DNA of 64,000 bases from Amoeboaphelidium protococcarum X5 (lineage: Eukaryota > Fungi > Aphelidiomycota), in assembly GCA_023515725.1 (NCBI GenBank), contig JALDTO010000215.1, forward strand, positions 521,053 to 585,052, in the 5' to 3' direction. The position numbers and the translations under genes were made by a program. Below are positions 42,282-54,797 of the stretch, one piece after another (positions within the stretch are counted from its first letter, which is position 1; each line of letters opens with the position of its first letter). The notes beneath the pieces were generated by a model that had not been told where the DNA came from, did no database searches, and saw only the letters and a list, made by a program, of their open reading frames with translations.

Positions 42282-43380
42282 TCAAATATCAGCGGCTTCG
42301 ACTGGAGGAATGTACTTTCTTGGAATGAACGGTAGCGGAACTTGTCCATTGTGAGTGATAAGCCATCTAGCCAAGAATAAAATGTCAGCAGCCCCCAGGA
42401 TATCGGCATGCTGAGACTTCTTGCATCATGGATAGTAGGAAAAGTCTTTTCTTCTGATAACAAACATTTCGCGATGCTTTCTAAGGCATTCAAAGTAGAG
42501 AGTAGAAGTCATTATCTCTGACATAATAATAATAACACGAGCTTATTCATTCAACAAAAAAGCGAACTTCTTTAGCGCGTGCTGGCCATTCACACTGGAG
42601 CTTTCCTTTACATAACTCCCATAATACACTATTAGAGAATCTCTCAATTGCTAATTGAAATCGAACACACTAAGAACTTACTTTACCATTTCTAAAGACA
42701 CTTATTTCGAGTGGATATAATTCTCCAAAGTCAAATGCAATATCTACATCTCACTGTAAAACTGCAATCGTCGAAACTGCCAATGTAATTGATAAGAGCT
42801 CTTTTGAACTCATCACCGGCAACAGTATAGAAGTGCTTAGCGAATTAACGGGCGCATCTAGAGAGTTCCAAGAATCTTTGATGAAATCCATCACCACCAA
42901 AGGCATCAATAAACTATTGCCTGCTTAAGACAAGAGTTTCAGCACTATCCAGCGGGAGATCTTCAGCTTTAGAACGCTAACCGATATCTTCAGGTCGATA
43001 TACAGCAATCAAGTTGTTGAGACCCGGATCAATAGCAATCTCTTTTACGTTTGTAAAGTCCACCGCTGGAACTTGATAAACTATTGACTAGGAAGAGTAT
43101 ACTCTATCGAGCAGAGACCATCCGTACAACTGATAAATATTCTTTGGCCTTGAAATCTTTTACTGTTAACACTAAACAAACTCTGCTTCGGCATCTGCGT
43201 TTATCACAGCCCCAACCTGTTCAGCAAACTCATCTTCCATGGCCTGAACGAGTGGAATTTCCGCAGTAAAAGTTGAATAGGTAGTGATTTCCTTTGATTG
43301 ATTCTGTTTCTTCCTTATAGCGCGTAACTCTTTATTCTCCTTCCACTATCCAACTACATACAGTATATAATCTCTAAAAT
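42282..43380 (-). pseudogene. Fanzor1-type (TnpB-like RuvC) RNA-guided nuclease gene, 5'-truncated, lightly decayed
   Basis: RuvC-I KEIAIDPGLNNLIAV (D at 43028); LQFYSEMQILHLTLENYIHSKQ..MVKQVL..LIVYYG..LKKF..RVIIIMSEIMTSTLYFEC (E at 42516); YP*C..HADILGAADI (D at 42402); GQVPLPF. One frameshift near 42790 and in-frame TGA at 42426. Confidence 0.8.
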
Positions 43381-43387
43381 ATATTAA

Positions 43388-44830
43388 ATGACTGAAATGT
43401 CTCACTTTGCTAAATCAAGGCGCATTGCTCATTTTGGACAGGATGTATGGTAGATTAGCTTCCTTTGTTCATTCTAATTCATGACAATAACTTTATTATT
43501 ATGAGATTTTAATCATGTAGGTCCATCTTCTCTCCAATGGCATTGTATTGTAAGGCTGTTAATCTTGGACAAGGATTTCCCAACTTTGAAGCTTCAACAT
43601 TCGTTAAAGATGCTGCCAAGATGGCTGTCGATTCCAATTTTAATTAGTATTCTCCTCCCAAAGGAATGCCTTAGTTGCGAAAGGTTAGTAGTTTTTTTAG
43701 AACGCAATATATCGATATAATGTTCTGTCGTAATGTAGGTATTAGCTGAGGAGTATGGGCCTTTGTTGAATCGTTAGTTGAGTAGCGAGACTGATGTTAT
43801 TGTTACAGCTGGAGCTAATGAAGGTATGTACGCTGCTTTTCTTGCATTCCTCAATGATGGTGATGAGGTGTTGTGCTTTGAACCGTTCTTTGATTAGTAT
43901 GCACCCAACATTCAAATGTGTGGCGCCAAGATGAAGTTTTGTCCTCTACTTCCTAAATCTGGTACTAATGCTCACTTTAACAATGGTAATACTTCTGCAG
44001 CGGACTGGACCTTTAATATAGAATATCTTGAATCACAGATTTCAGCTCAAACTAAAATGATTGTGGTCAACACTCCTCATAATCCGGTTGGTAAAGTATT
44101 TAGCCGCGCAGAGTTGGAATAGATTGCAGAAATTGCGATCAAGCACAATCTTATAGTTATCAGTGATGAAGTGTACGAACGTTTGATTTATCCAGGCGCT
44201 GAACATGTTCGCATTGCCACTCTGCCTGGCATGTGGGACAGGACTATAACTGTTGGAAGTGCGGGAAAGTCATTCTGTGTCACTGGATGGCGCGTTGGCT
44301 GGCTCTTGGGACCCCAGCATTTGATTAATCCAGCGCTGATTGCCCACTCTCGAATTGTATTTTGTACCAATGCGCCACTTCAAGTTGCTATCGCAGAAGC
44401 TCTGAAATAGAGTTAATCCAATGGATACTTTGAAAAGTAATGTCAAGAGTATTTGGAACGACGCGAATTCATACTGAAGATATTTAATGAATTAGGATTA
44501 CCTACAGTTGTACCAGATGGAAGTTATTTCACTCTTGTAGATATAAGTAGCTTAGAGATCCCATAGGAAAAATTAAAGGAATCCGAGGAGATTGAAAAGA
44601 TGTTCTGTTTGGATGGAATAGTACCTCAAAGAAGTCGGGATTGGCAAGTTTGCAGATGGCTCACCACTCATCTTAAAGTAGCGGCTATCCCACCTGCCGA
44701 ATTTTACAGTTAGCAGAATTAACATCTGGCTTCAAACTACGCGAGATTTGCCTTTTGTAAAGATTTAGACACTCTAAAGCAGGCCAAGGAGAATTTACAG
44801 AGACTTAAACAGTATATTGTCAAGAAATGA
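43388..44830 (+). CDS. BNA3: Kynurenine aminotransferase (class I PLP), introns 43450-43520 and about 43684-43738
   Basis: QDVWSIF, AVNLGQGFPNF, VTAGANEG, EPFFDQY, NTPHNPVGKVF, SDEVY, GSAGKSFCVTGWRVGW, RFAFCK. Confidence 0.95.
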
Positions 44831-44888
44831 AAATATATACTGCAAGTACTTAGCAATGATATTCAACATACTATGGTTCAATCAATCT

Positions 44889-45368
44889 TCATTTCTTGGC
44901 TTCAGTAAACTTTAAACTTACACTATTCACACAGTGCCTCTCATCAGTGGGATTCTTGTAACCTTCACCTTGGAACACATGTCCCAAGTGAGATCCACAA
45001 TTGGCACATACAATCTCTGTGCGCACCGCTCCAAAGCTCCTATCTTCATGCCTATCAACAGCACCAGGAATTGTGTCAAAGAAGGCAGGCCAACCGCATC
45101 CGCTATCAAATTTAGTTTCAGACGTGAACAATGGCGCATCACACGCGGCACAGTTATAAACACCCTAGGCAAAATGATGATCATACTTGCCAGTGCCAGG
45201 CCTTTCGGTGCCCTTCTGTCTAAGCACTCTAAACTACTCTGGACTCAATATCGTTCTCCACTCTGCTTCACTCTTGTTTACTTTCGTCATATGTTTCGCC
45301 ACGATTACGTCTTTGTTCAGAGAAGAAGAGAAGGCTCTCTTCATTATGCTCATCATTGATTACGTCAT
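44889..45368 (-). CDS. msrB: Peptide methionine-R-sulfoxide reductase MsrB
   Basis: LSPEQFRVLRQKGTERP, KFDSGCGWPAF, HLGHVF, RHCVNS. Confidence 0.96.
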
Positions 45369-45943
45369 AATTTCTCTAATTGATTAGCTGGACGATTCAA
45401 TCTAAATTAATTTGAATTTAAAATTAATCTGATATACAAGCTGAGAATATAAAAATGATAGTATTGAACATTCACTAATATTCGGAGGTGAATGATGATG
45501 AAACCGCGAAATGATAACAGTCCGTACAAAAACGCGTAAATTGGTTGGTGATTCAACAACTCCTGTAATAGTTTCACACTGGAGGATATCCTCACCAAAA
45601 AAATTATTGCGTGCAGAATGCATAATATCTGGGAGATTAGAGCACATATTGATAACAATGTTAGAAAGGCCTTATTCTATTGCGTGTAAAGCGGGACTTA
45701 CTGCAGGGACCATTAAAAGCCCTTGTACACCAAATTGTAACTCCACCCCGCGAAACGAGTCTTCCTTTCCTTCTGATCGCCGATCGCGAAAAAGATATTG
45801 AATTTCACTCGGAGCGAAGAACAATTCTCTCTTTCTCAGTCTTGACCGCTTTGTTATTGATTGACTGATCTCTTTCATTTGGATTAATTTCAGTCAAGTC
45901 TCTCTCTTATTTATAAAACGTAAATATATTTTTTAGGAATATT

Positions 45944-48517
45944 ATGACTAATAGTGATACGAATCCATCGGAATATAGAAGGCGATCATTCATCTCTTCA
46001 TTTTCGAATCTGATGAGCTATAATGGCATCAATTCCGCTGGCAGTGGTAATGATATATCTGTTGGTGTTGGTGGAAACATTTAATCAGATTCAAGCAGTG
46101 ACACTAGTGGCTTGATCAACTCAGATTCTGTATCTGTCGCCGTCACTTAGGGTGGTAGTGCTCAGCTGGCTAAATAGTCTATGTTATAATAAAAGACCAA
46201 AAAGTAATAACCCTAAGCTATTGTTTCCTCAGCATCATTCCATCAGGCTACTGCTCCGTCTTCTCTGAATGATTTGATTCCGTTGATGAATAAGCTTCAG
46301 GATGTCTTTTCCACCATTGGACATGAACATATTGATTTGCCACAGATTGTGGTTGTTGGATCTTAATCCAGTGGTAAGAGCTCAGTGCTGGAGAATATCA
46401 TCTAGAAAGACTTTCTTCCTCGTGGTAAAGATATTGTTACTCGTAGACCTTTGATTCTATAGTTGGTACAGTTGCCTGAGAGTTAGAATGAGCAATGGGC
46501 GGAGTTTTTGCATCTACCAGGCCAAAAGTTTACCGACTTTTCAGTGGTGAGATAAGAAATTGAGCAGGAGACTGTGAGAGTAGCTGGTAATAACAAGGGC
46601 ATTGCGCGTCAGCCGATCAATCTCAAGATCTTTAGTAACAAGGTGCTAAATTTGACCTTGGTGGATCTTCCGGGTATTATGAAAGTGCCCATTGGTGATC
46701 AACCGGCTGACATTGAATTGAGAATCAGGCGCTTGATATTGGAGTACATCGCCAAGCCTAATGCTGTTATACTCGCAGTATCTCCTGCCAATTAGGATAT
46801 TGCCAATTCTGATGCATTGAAGTTGGCTCGTGAAGTTGATCCTGATGGTAAGAGGACTATTGGCGTTCTTACAAAGTTGGACTTGATGGACAAGGGAACT
46901 AATGCGTTTGACATTCTAATTGGAAAAGCTTATCCACTTAAATTGGGATTCTGTGCCGTGGTGAATAGATCTCAGGATGATATTAATAAGAATCTTCCAA
47001 TTAGTAAGGCTTTGCAATCTGAGAAGGATTTCTTCAAGAGTCATCCAGCCTATTCTAGCATGCAATCTAAATGTGGTACAGCTCACCTGGTGCGCACTTT
47101 GAACATGATTCTGATTTAGCATATCAAGGACAAGTTGCCAGAGTTGAAGGCGAAGTTGAATTTGCTTGTCATGTAGACTGAGTAGGAACTCTACTCCTAT
47201 GGTGATCCACTATATCACGGTAAAGCTCATCAAGGCACGACCCTGCTACGTCTATTGACTAAATTTTCTGTCAACTTTGTGTCTGCCATTGATGGCACCT
47301 ATTCTGACTTGTTCACCCAAGAATTGAGTGGAGGTGCTAGACTGTTTTACATATTTAACTCAATATTTGGTCAGACATTGGCATCGATAGACCCGTGTGC
47401 TGGTCTGAGCGTTCAAGATATTCGCACAGCAATACGTAATGCATCTGGTCCTAGAGCATCACTATTTGTACCAGAGCAGGCATTTGATCTGTTGATAAAG
47501 CCTCAAATTCGAAAGCTGGAAGTGCCTGCTTTGAAATGTGTTGAATTGGTATTCGATGAATTGCTAAAGATCATCTCCTCTTGTGAGAATAAAGAGTTGG
47601 CCAGATTTCCCTTGTTGCATCAGAGAGTGGTTGAGGCTTCTGTTTAATTGCTTAAAGATCGAATGAACCCAACGTAGTAGTATATTGCATCATTGGTAGA
47701 TATCCAATTGTCGTATATTAACACTAATCATCCTGATTTCATTGGTGGAAGTGCTGCGATTGCTCAGATTGAGAGAAAGCATTAGATGAAGAAATTAGAG
47801 CAGGATCGTAGTAGAAAGTAAATGCAGTTGAGCAGTGGTATTGCATTTGCTCAAGGTGTTGGTGATCATGCAGAATCTAGTGCCAGGTCTCACTCCAGAG
47901 GTAAGTAGAGAACTAATCCGGTTGATTATCATTCTGCTGTTGGTAGATCTGTATCGCCTGTTCCTTATGGACATTCTAATCAGTAGTAATACGGTGGATC
48001 GCATTCTCAATCTAAAGATGGCGGCTTCCTGACGTATTTCTTTGGTCAACACTCTGCTGTTGACATTGGTTCTGATGGTGCACGCCACAATACTGCGCCT
48101 ATGAGATCAGATATGGCTATTGGACGTCAGTCTAGATCTAACAGCCCAACCAGATAATTGTTATCCGCTGATGAGGCGTATGAAAGGAGAAGTGATGATG
48201 GTATATAGGCGGTGTTGTAGCCAGAGAAGGAGGACCTGGAGGTGGAATTGATTAAGGCTCTGATACACTCTTACTTTAATATTGTTCGCAAGAGTATTGC
48301 CGACTTGGTACCGAAAGCTGTTATGCATATGATGGTGAATTTTGGGAGGGAGAATATGCAGAGTCATTTGGTAACTTCCCTGTACAAGGAGGATCTGTTT
48401 AATCAGTTGCTAATGGAAGATGAGCGGATAGTTGAGGAGAGAAAGTAGTGTATGCAGCTACTGGATACTTATCGCAAGGGAGCTTCCGTTTTGCAGGACA
48501 TTTTCCAAATCAACTGA
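45944..48517 (+). CDS. DNM1: Dynamin-related fission GTPase Dnm1/Drp1
   Basis: [16 protein letters not shown] (Q=TAA), [37 protein letters not shown]; about 105-aa low-complexity N-terminal extension. Confidence 0.93.
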
Positions 48518-48782
48518 TTTCCTCTTTTTATACGGGATACTATGAAGGACGTATACTAGTGATCTAGCCCATGTGATAAAGATATTGGTAATAAAAGTAA
48601 TTAGATTGTAGTAATTTTTGATTGCATTTATCTTCTAGATGCCCATTTGAGTTTGATGACTTGGTAGAGGATGATCACATCGAGTGGCTGAAAGATTTAC
48701 ATTCTCGATACACCAGATATCATGGCAAAATTAGTAGATGTGGAAGATATATATTTTAATTCACAATACTATTAATAAAAGC

Positions 48783-49730
<948 letters not shown>

Positions 49731-49817
49731 TTAGAAGGATAGCAAAGGTTTAGAGAAAAGATTAACGTAACAATCAATCAGTTCAAATCGCTATTAGCAA
49801 TCTCAATTCAAAACGCA

Positions 49818-49887
49818 AATATCCCCCTCCGAATAAAGATAGTATATAAATTAATATCTCCCTCCGAATGAAGATAGTATATAAATT
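49818..49887. repeat. 35-bp tandem duplication (2 copies, 2 mismatches)
   Basis: AATATCCCCCTCCGAATAAAGATAGTATATAAATT followed by AATATCTCCCTCCGAATGAAGATAGTATATAAATT. Confidence 0.95.
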
Positions 49888-50365
49888 ATAAATTGATTTG
49901 CTGATTCTCTAGAGTAAAGCTTAAATTCGGCATATATAAGCCATAGAGGTGGAAATAATTTCGATTGCCCTCCAATTACGCTGGAAACAATTAACTTCTA
50001 AGATGCTGTTCTGACTACTCGGCTATTAAATGCGATATAAAAGAATTCATCATACAAACTATTCAAAGTTAGATATATCGCAGATTAAGCTTGTTATTTG
50101 TTTTTCCATTGTAATAAAGCACATTAACAATCATTAAGAGGAAATTCAAGCGCTTCTTTTCTTTGCCTTTTACTCTTTTGTGATCTGAAACGAGCCGCTG
50201 ATTGAAAATATGGCTGAAAAGGAGTAAGTGGCTGATGATATACCGCAGGTTTAGTAGCAGATATAGTAATAACAGACTGCACATCCATAGTTATTATACT
50301 ACCAGTAGATACAGTATCCATAGTAGTTGTAGTAAAGCGCGTAATAGAATTTATTACCTGGTGGA

Positions 50366-51541
50366 ATGATGATGGCCAACATTCCTTATGCTGTGCCTTC
50401 TGGTTAGTATAATCAAATGACTCAAGCTAGCTATTACAGTCCTCCTCAGCCGCCATCACAGCAGATTTAGTAGTAGTAGTAGTAGTAGTAGTTAGGCGCG
50501 AATACTGTATCATATGCTCCATACCCGTATTAAGCGTATAGTAATCAGTACCTGATGTAAATGTAAAATTGCCAAATGCCTAATATGACAGTCTCTCACA
50601 ACAGCAGCAACAGTGGGTCATCTAATAGTCACAAAAAGTTCACTAAATTGTAGATACCGAGTAAGTGTTCCACATGCATCCTGAATTTTGATAATGCAGA
50701 ATCGTATAAAAATCATATCAAGACACATGTTAAATGTGACCATGATGGCTGTCAATTTGAGGCGTCCAAGCGTGTCGTGACTTAGCATAAGCGTGATGTT
50801 CATAATACTGATGCTGGTATTGGTACTAGTATTCGAAAGGATATTACAGTACAATCTTAGAAGAAGCGAAAGATTGGTGATACTTGCGATTAGAGAAATG
50901 AGATTGATTTAACAGGAGTTTAATGCAATGATGATGATAGTGGAGGTATCCATGTGAAGATTATGCAGGACGCAGAGATAGAGCAATGGAGAGCTGAAAG
51001 ACGCGCCAGATATCCAACTGCAGAGAGAGTGGCGCAGAAAGCTGAAAAGTTATTGTAGCCTTAATCATTATAGGTAGATAAAACGTAAGAGTATCTCGCA
51101 CGCTTCCGTTAAGGACCACTGTCTGCATCTAGTATGAAAACTAATGTTCTCTCTCAAGATGGAGGTGATTAGAGCAAGTAAAAGTAGTCAAAAAAGTAAA
51201 AGACTAAATCTACATCAAATTAAAAGCCGTGTGCAGTATTCGCCAAACACGGGAAATGTAAGTATGGATTTAGGTGTAGATACTCTCATACTCCACTTAA
51301 CTCTGAATCACTTGGCACAGATAATACTAGTTCAATTGTAAAGTGCGGCGCGTAGATTAATGTATAACTAGCCTTTTTTATGAAGGTGGTCGAATATCTT
51401 ACATCTCAGAAATTGTTGACTGAAGTATTAGATGAAGATGTTATTTTACAGGGGAATGTTGAATCTTCGCTGACGAGCACAGTTAGAATTGATGACAATA
51501 TTGAAGAAGGAGAAATCAGTAGCGATCAATTGCAGCAATGA
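50366..51541 (+). CDS. NUFIP1: NUFIP1/Rsa1-like snoRNP assembly factor (2 C2H2 + NUFIP + CCCH)
   Basis: CSTC..HIKTHVKCDHDGCQFEAS..HKRDVH, IEQWRAERRARYPT, CAVFAKHGKCKYGFRCRYSH. Confidence 0.85.
50468..50491 (+). repeat. (TAG)8 microsatellite encoding poly-Gln
   Basis: In frame within the Q/P-rich N-terminus of the NUFIP1-like gene (CAG CAG ATT then TAG x8). Confidence 0.92.
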
Positions 51542-51599
51542 ATCAAGTTTATTAAGCTTTGCATCAATATATACATTTGTTTAAATATAATGGTACACA

Positions 51600-52365
51600 T
51601 CATGTCCGCTTTTATCCATTGTTGTATCCCAATTTATCCAAATCTTTGATTATGATATTAAGTTGGAGTCTAACGTACCCGCTAGATACTGTGCGCACCA
51701 AATCTCTGTCCCTGGACTTGGCAAGAAATCTAATATCTTTAAATTCTGGCAATTATCCATTTAAAGTTCCAGCTAATGAACTAAGGAACGATGAAGCCTG
51801 TGGTCGAAATAGTGGAATATCAATGGTGTGTCTACACTGTCATTTTCAGTCGTGTGAATAAGAGTCGCCAATTTTTATGCAGTAGAAAGTGTCATTATAT
51901 TACCTTCCTGATTACCGAGGTAGATACGCGGCTCCATATCCTCTAACCACATCCCTCTGTAACATGTCTGGACCGTGCACTGAAATGACAATCTGTGGCC
52001 ATCCAAACACGTTCTACGAGGTGAAGGCCAAATCTATAGGTTAATTGAAAACATTAACAGCTTCCTTTCCACCAAATATGGAAACACTTGACATTTATGC
52101 CTGTTATGTTATACAATTCTCAGTTCCCTACCAGCTTTATATGAATTATATTCTTAAATTACACAACTTAACTTAAATAAAACAGCTCTTACCTGGATCA
52201 AATTCCAGTTCGTTCCCCACTCAAATCCAAACTTGCAATACAGATTATCACACCCCTTTATCTACATACACATTTGACTTTTTTATAAATCGACAATGTT
52301 AAATACAATCTTACTCTAGCATATTCCAGCTATCCTCCTAGTATATAAGTAAATTATTGAGGCAT
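51600..52365 (-). CDS. B9D1: Ciliary transition-zone B9 domain protein 1 (3 introns)
   Basis: [58 protein letters not shown]. Confidence 0.88.
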
Positions 52366-52616
52366 ATCCTTTGTTTCGATTCAGTTGTTTCAGGCGAAGA
52401 TAGAAATTTTCCTATAAGACTTGACGTTTCTCGCAGTGCTCGCTATCTCAAACGCGTCTCAGATCATAAACGCGTCAATTCAAGGCAGTCTTTGGGTTCA
52501 AGGCGTTAAGAGTAAAAGGAAAGTGTAGTGTAATGAACCAACGTATTCAGCTTCAAAGAGATGTTTTATATCAATTTTAATACAGTCACGCGGAGAAATC
52601 AGATTGAGATAATGGA

Positions 52617-53255
52617 TCAATTCTTTAGCTGATTAAGGCGATCATCAAGACTGCTTTTGGATGTGGAAACCGACTTGTTAGCTTGAGATATGGAACCACC
52701 AATTCTACTAGAGGCAGCAGAGGGCATTGATGCTATTTGATCAATGCCGATCTCATCCAAAATCTGATCCATAATAGCTTGTGATTCCTCTTCATCACCA
52801 CTCTCTTCCAGAACATTGTCGATACTGTCGTTCATCAATTCACTTTTCATATCCATCTCAGAGTTCTATCGCTCAAATTATTACATTGTTGCCTGCATTT
52901 TCTCCAAACTCATCTACTTATTGCTTGTGGCCATGATTTTGGTAGTCTTGGCCATAGCAGTCGCCATTCCGATATTAGACGCCGCCATACGACTTTATGC
53001 ACTAATGCCACCAATCTGAGCTTTGACTCCAACATTCTTACTCATTTATGATCGAAGGCTTACCAGCTGCTTGGCAAGAGTTTTGGCAGTCACCTGGTCC
53101 CCGCGTCGCGACGCTTTTTAGATATCTGCAATCAACTATTTCTCCTATCTTTCTAATGCTTGTTAATCTCTGGTAAGACCGCGCTCAATTTACTTGAATT
53201 CTTTCTACTACGCTCGCTATAACTCTTTTGGTGTCTATGATTTAAAAGGATTCAT
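52617..53255 (-). CDS. ESCRT-III Vps2/CHMP2 subunit (CHMP2B-like)
   Basis: LERQEKQLIADIQKA, KTLAKQLVSLR, MDMKSELMNDSID, QILDEIGI, MIM1 DDRLNQLK. Confidence 0.9.
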
Positions 53256-53479
53256 ACTATAGTATTGGAATTTGATTCAACAAGTTAAAAATAAAAGTGC
53301 CCGCTTAACTTAGTCAAATGTAAGCAATGACTATCAAAGTTCATGACTACCAAAAGTAATCACAAAAACAAAGCCAAAGTTTCAAAATTTCTTAAAAATA
53401 TTTATTACAACATTAAATCAAATGCAATCACTCTACTCATTGAAATTGTAAATGAAGAACATAACGGGGATCAAATATA

Positions 53480-54144
53480 TCAAAGGATCGGTAGCTACTA
53501 ACTTGGATTGTCAGAATTAGGTGACATTGGGATGTGCGCAAGATCTTCAACAGATACGCGACGATCCAAACGCATTCTGACGCGCTTTGTCGACATTGCT
53601 CTGCGCAATTTCAGCATTCGTTGAACGAGCAGCGGTGAAACGGATTCACTGCTCACTTTGACACCGTCAGGGACAACGCGCAGCTTTTCCAGATCAGATC
53701 GCTCCGGCCGCTCCTTCAGGGCCTTGTTCAAAACATTCTCTTTCATCTGACGATCGATCTTCTGCTGTGTTTCAATCATCTAAATCTGCGCGTGGCCATT
53801 AACGTAGACACCGCGGGATATCTGATGAGCCTTGACACCTTTCAAAATGTTTCTCTCCACCAATTCAGCTCTATCGGGCCTGCTGTGATCCTGAGCCAGA
53901 AACAGCCTCGACTCCAGGATAGCAGCATTCTTCACCAAGTGAAAGTGTTTCCACAGCACAATGTCGGCAGAGAGTCTTCTCAGCAATCTATTGACACGCG
54001 CCAATTCTTAAAAATCAACGTCATCAACAAACTACACATTGATCATCACGGTGGGATAAGAGATTGAGATGAAACACATTATTAAAATCTTACATATAGG
54101 ATATACAGTTGCAACTCTTCGGATAACGCAGTAAAATCACTCAT
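53480..54144 (-). CDS. F-box + RPEL repeat protein (one intron)
   Basis: FTALSEELQLYILY|FVD..LARVNRLLRRLSADIVLW (F-box); RPDRAELVERNIL, RPERSDLEKLRVV, RVSVEDL. Confidence 0.8.
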
Positions 54145-54797
54145 TATAGAAATAGACGACGCAAAATATATAAAATTTTGAAGTAGATTTAATAAATTGT
54201 AGAGAAGAAGAAGGCACTTGGAAATGATGGCTCATCACCTGACACTCATCACAGCGATTGCTTTAATCTCAAACATCGCCAATCACATTGGGGAATAGCC
54301 CAAATTAGTATCACAAAATGATCAAGAAGATCAACTGGCTCGTAAGTTGAGATTATCGGCGATGGTTTGTCGATTAAATATTAGATATTTCATCTGAGCA
54401 GGCTCTAATAGCTTTTGGAGAAATGATTTGCTGTTCAAGTTTTCACTGCCATGGCCGGATTCGCGTTAGACTAAGTGTCTTTATTCATTAATTCATTCAT
54501 TTTTCAATATCAATTTAAATTCATTTTTTCAACAATATTGTATAATTGCAGATTTATATTAGAAGTCGAAATGTTAACACTATATTTGGAAGTTCAGCAC
54601 ATACAACTGTTCAAACAGTTCACGACTCACGCGCTTTCAATGCGGGGATGACTGCGCCATTCAATCATCCGGCATTGATCCAATTTTGTGATCCTTACAG
54701 CATTTTGGGCAAGTGATTGCTCAATCTCTTTCGTCTTTAGGCCAATCATTATTTTTCTGATCAATATAATCATCAAACTAAATACATCGCCGCCAAA

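Noticed and set aside
45369-45878. Open frame continuous with MsrB extending about 170 codons upstream
   Set aside because: No recognisable motif, it crosses AT-rich promoter-like DNA, and long open frames arise easily with a single stop codon.
49818-49887. CRISPR array
   Set aside because: Only two abutting copies, no spacers, eukaryotic context.
49900-50321. Minus-strand ORF MDTVSTGS.. between PRP40 and NUFIP1
   Set aside because: No motif or clear end; not supportable.
54648-54716. 22-codon uORF upstream of the PLD gene
   Set aside because: It cannot be shown to lie within the transcript, and its length is expected by chance.
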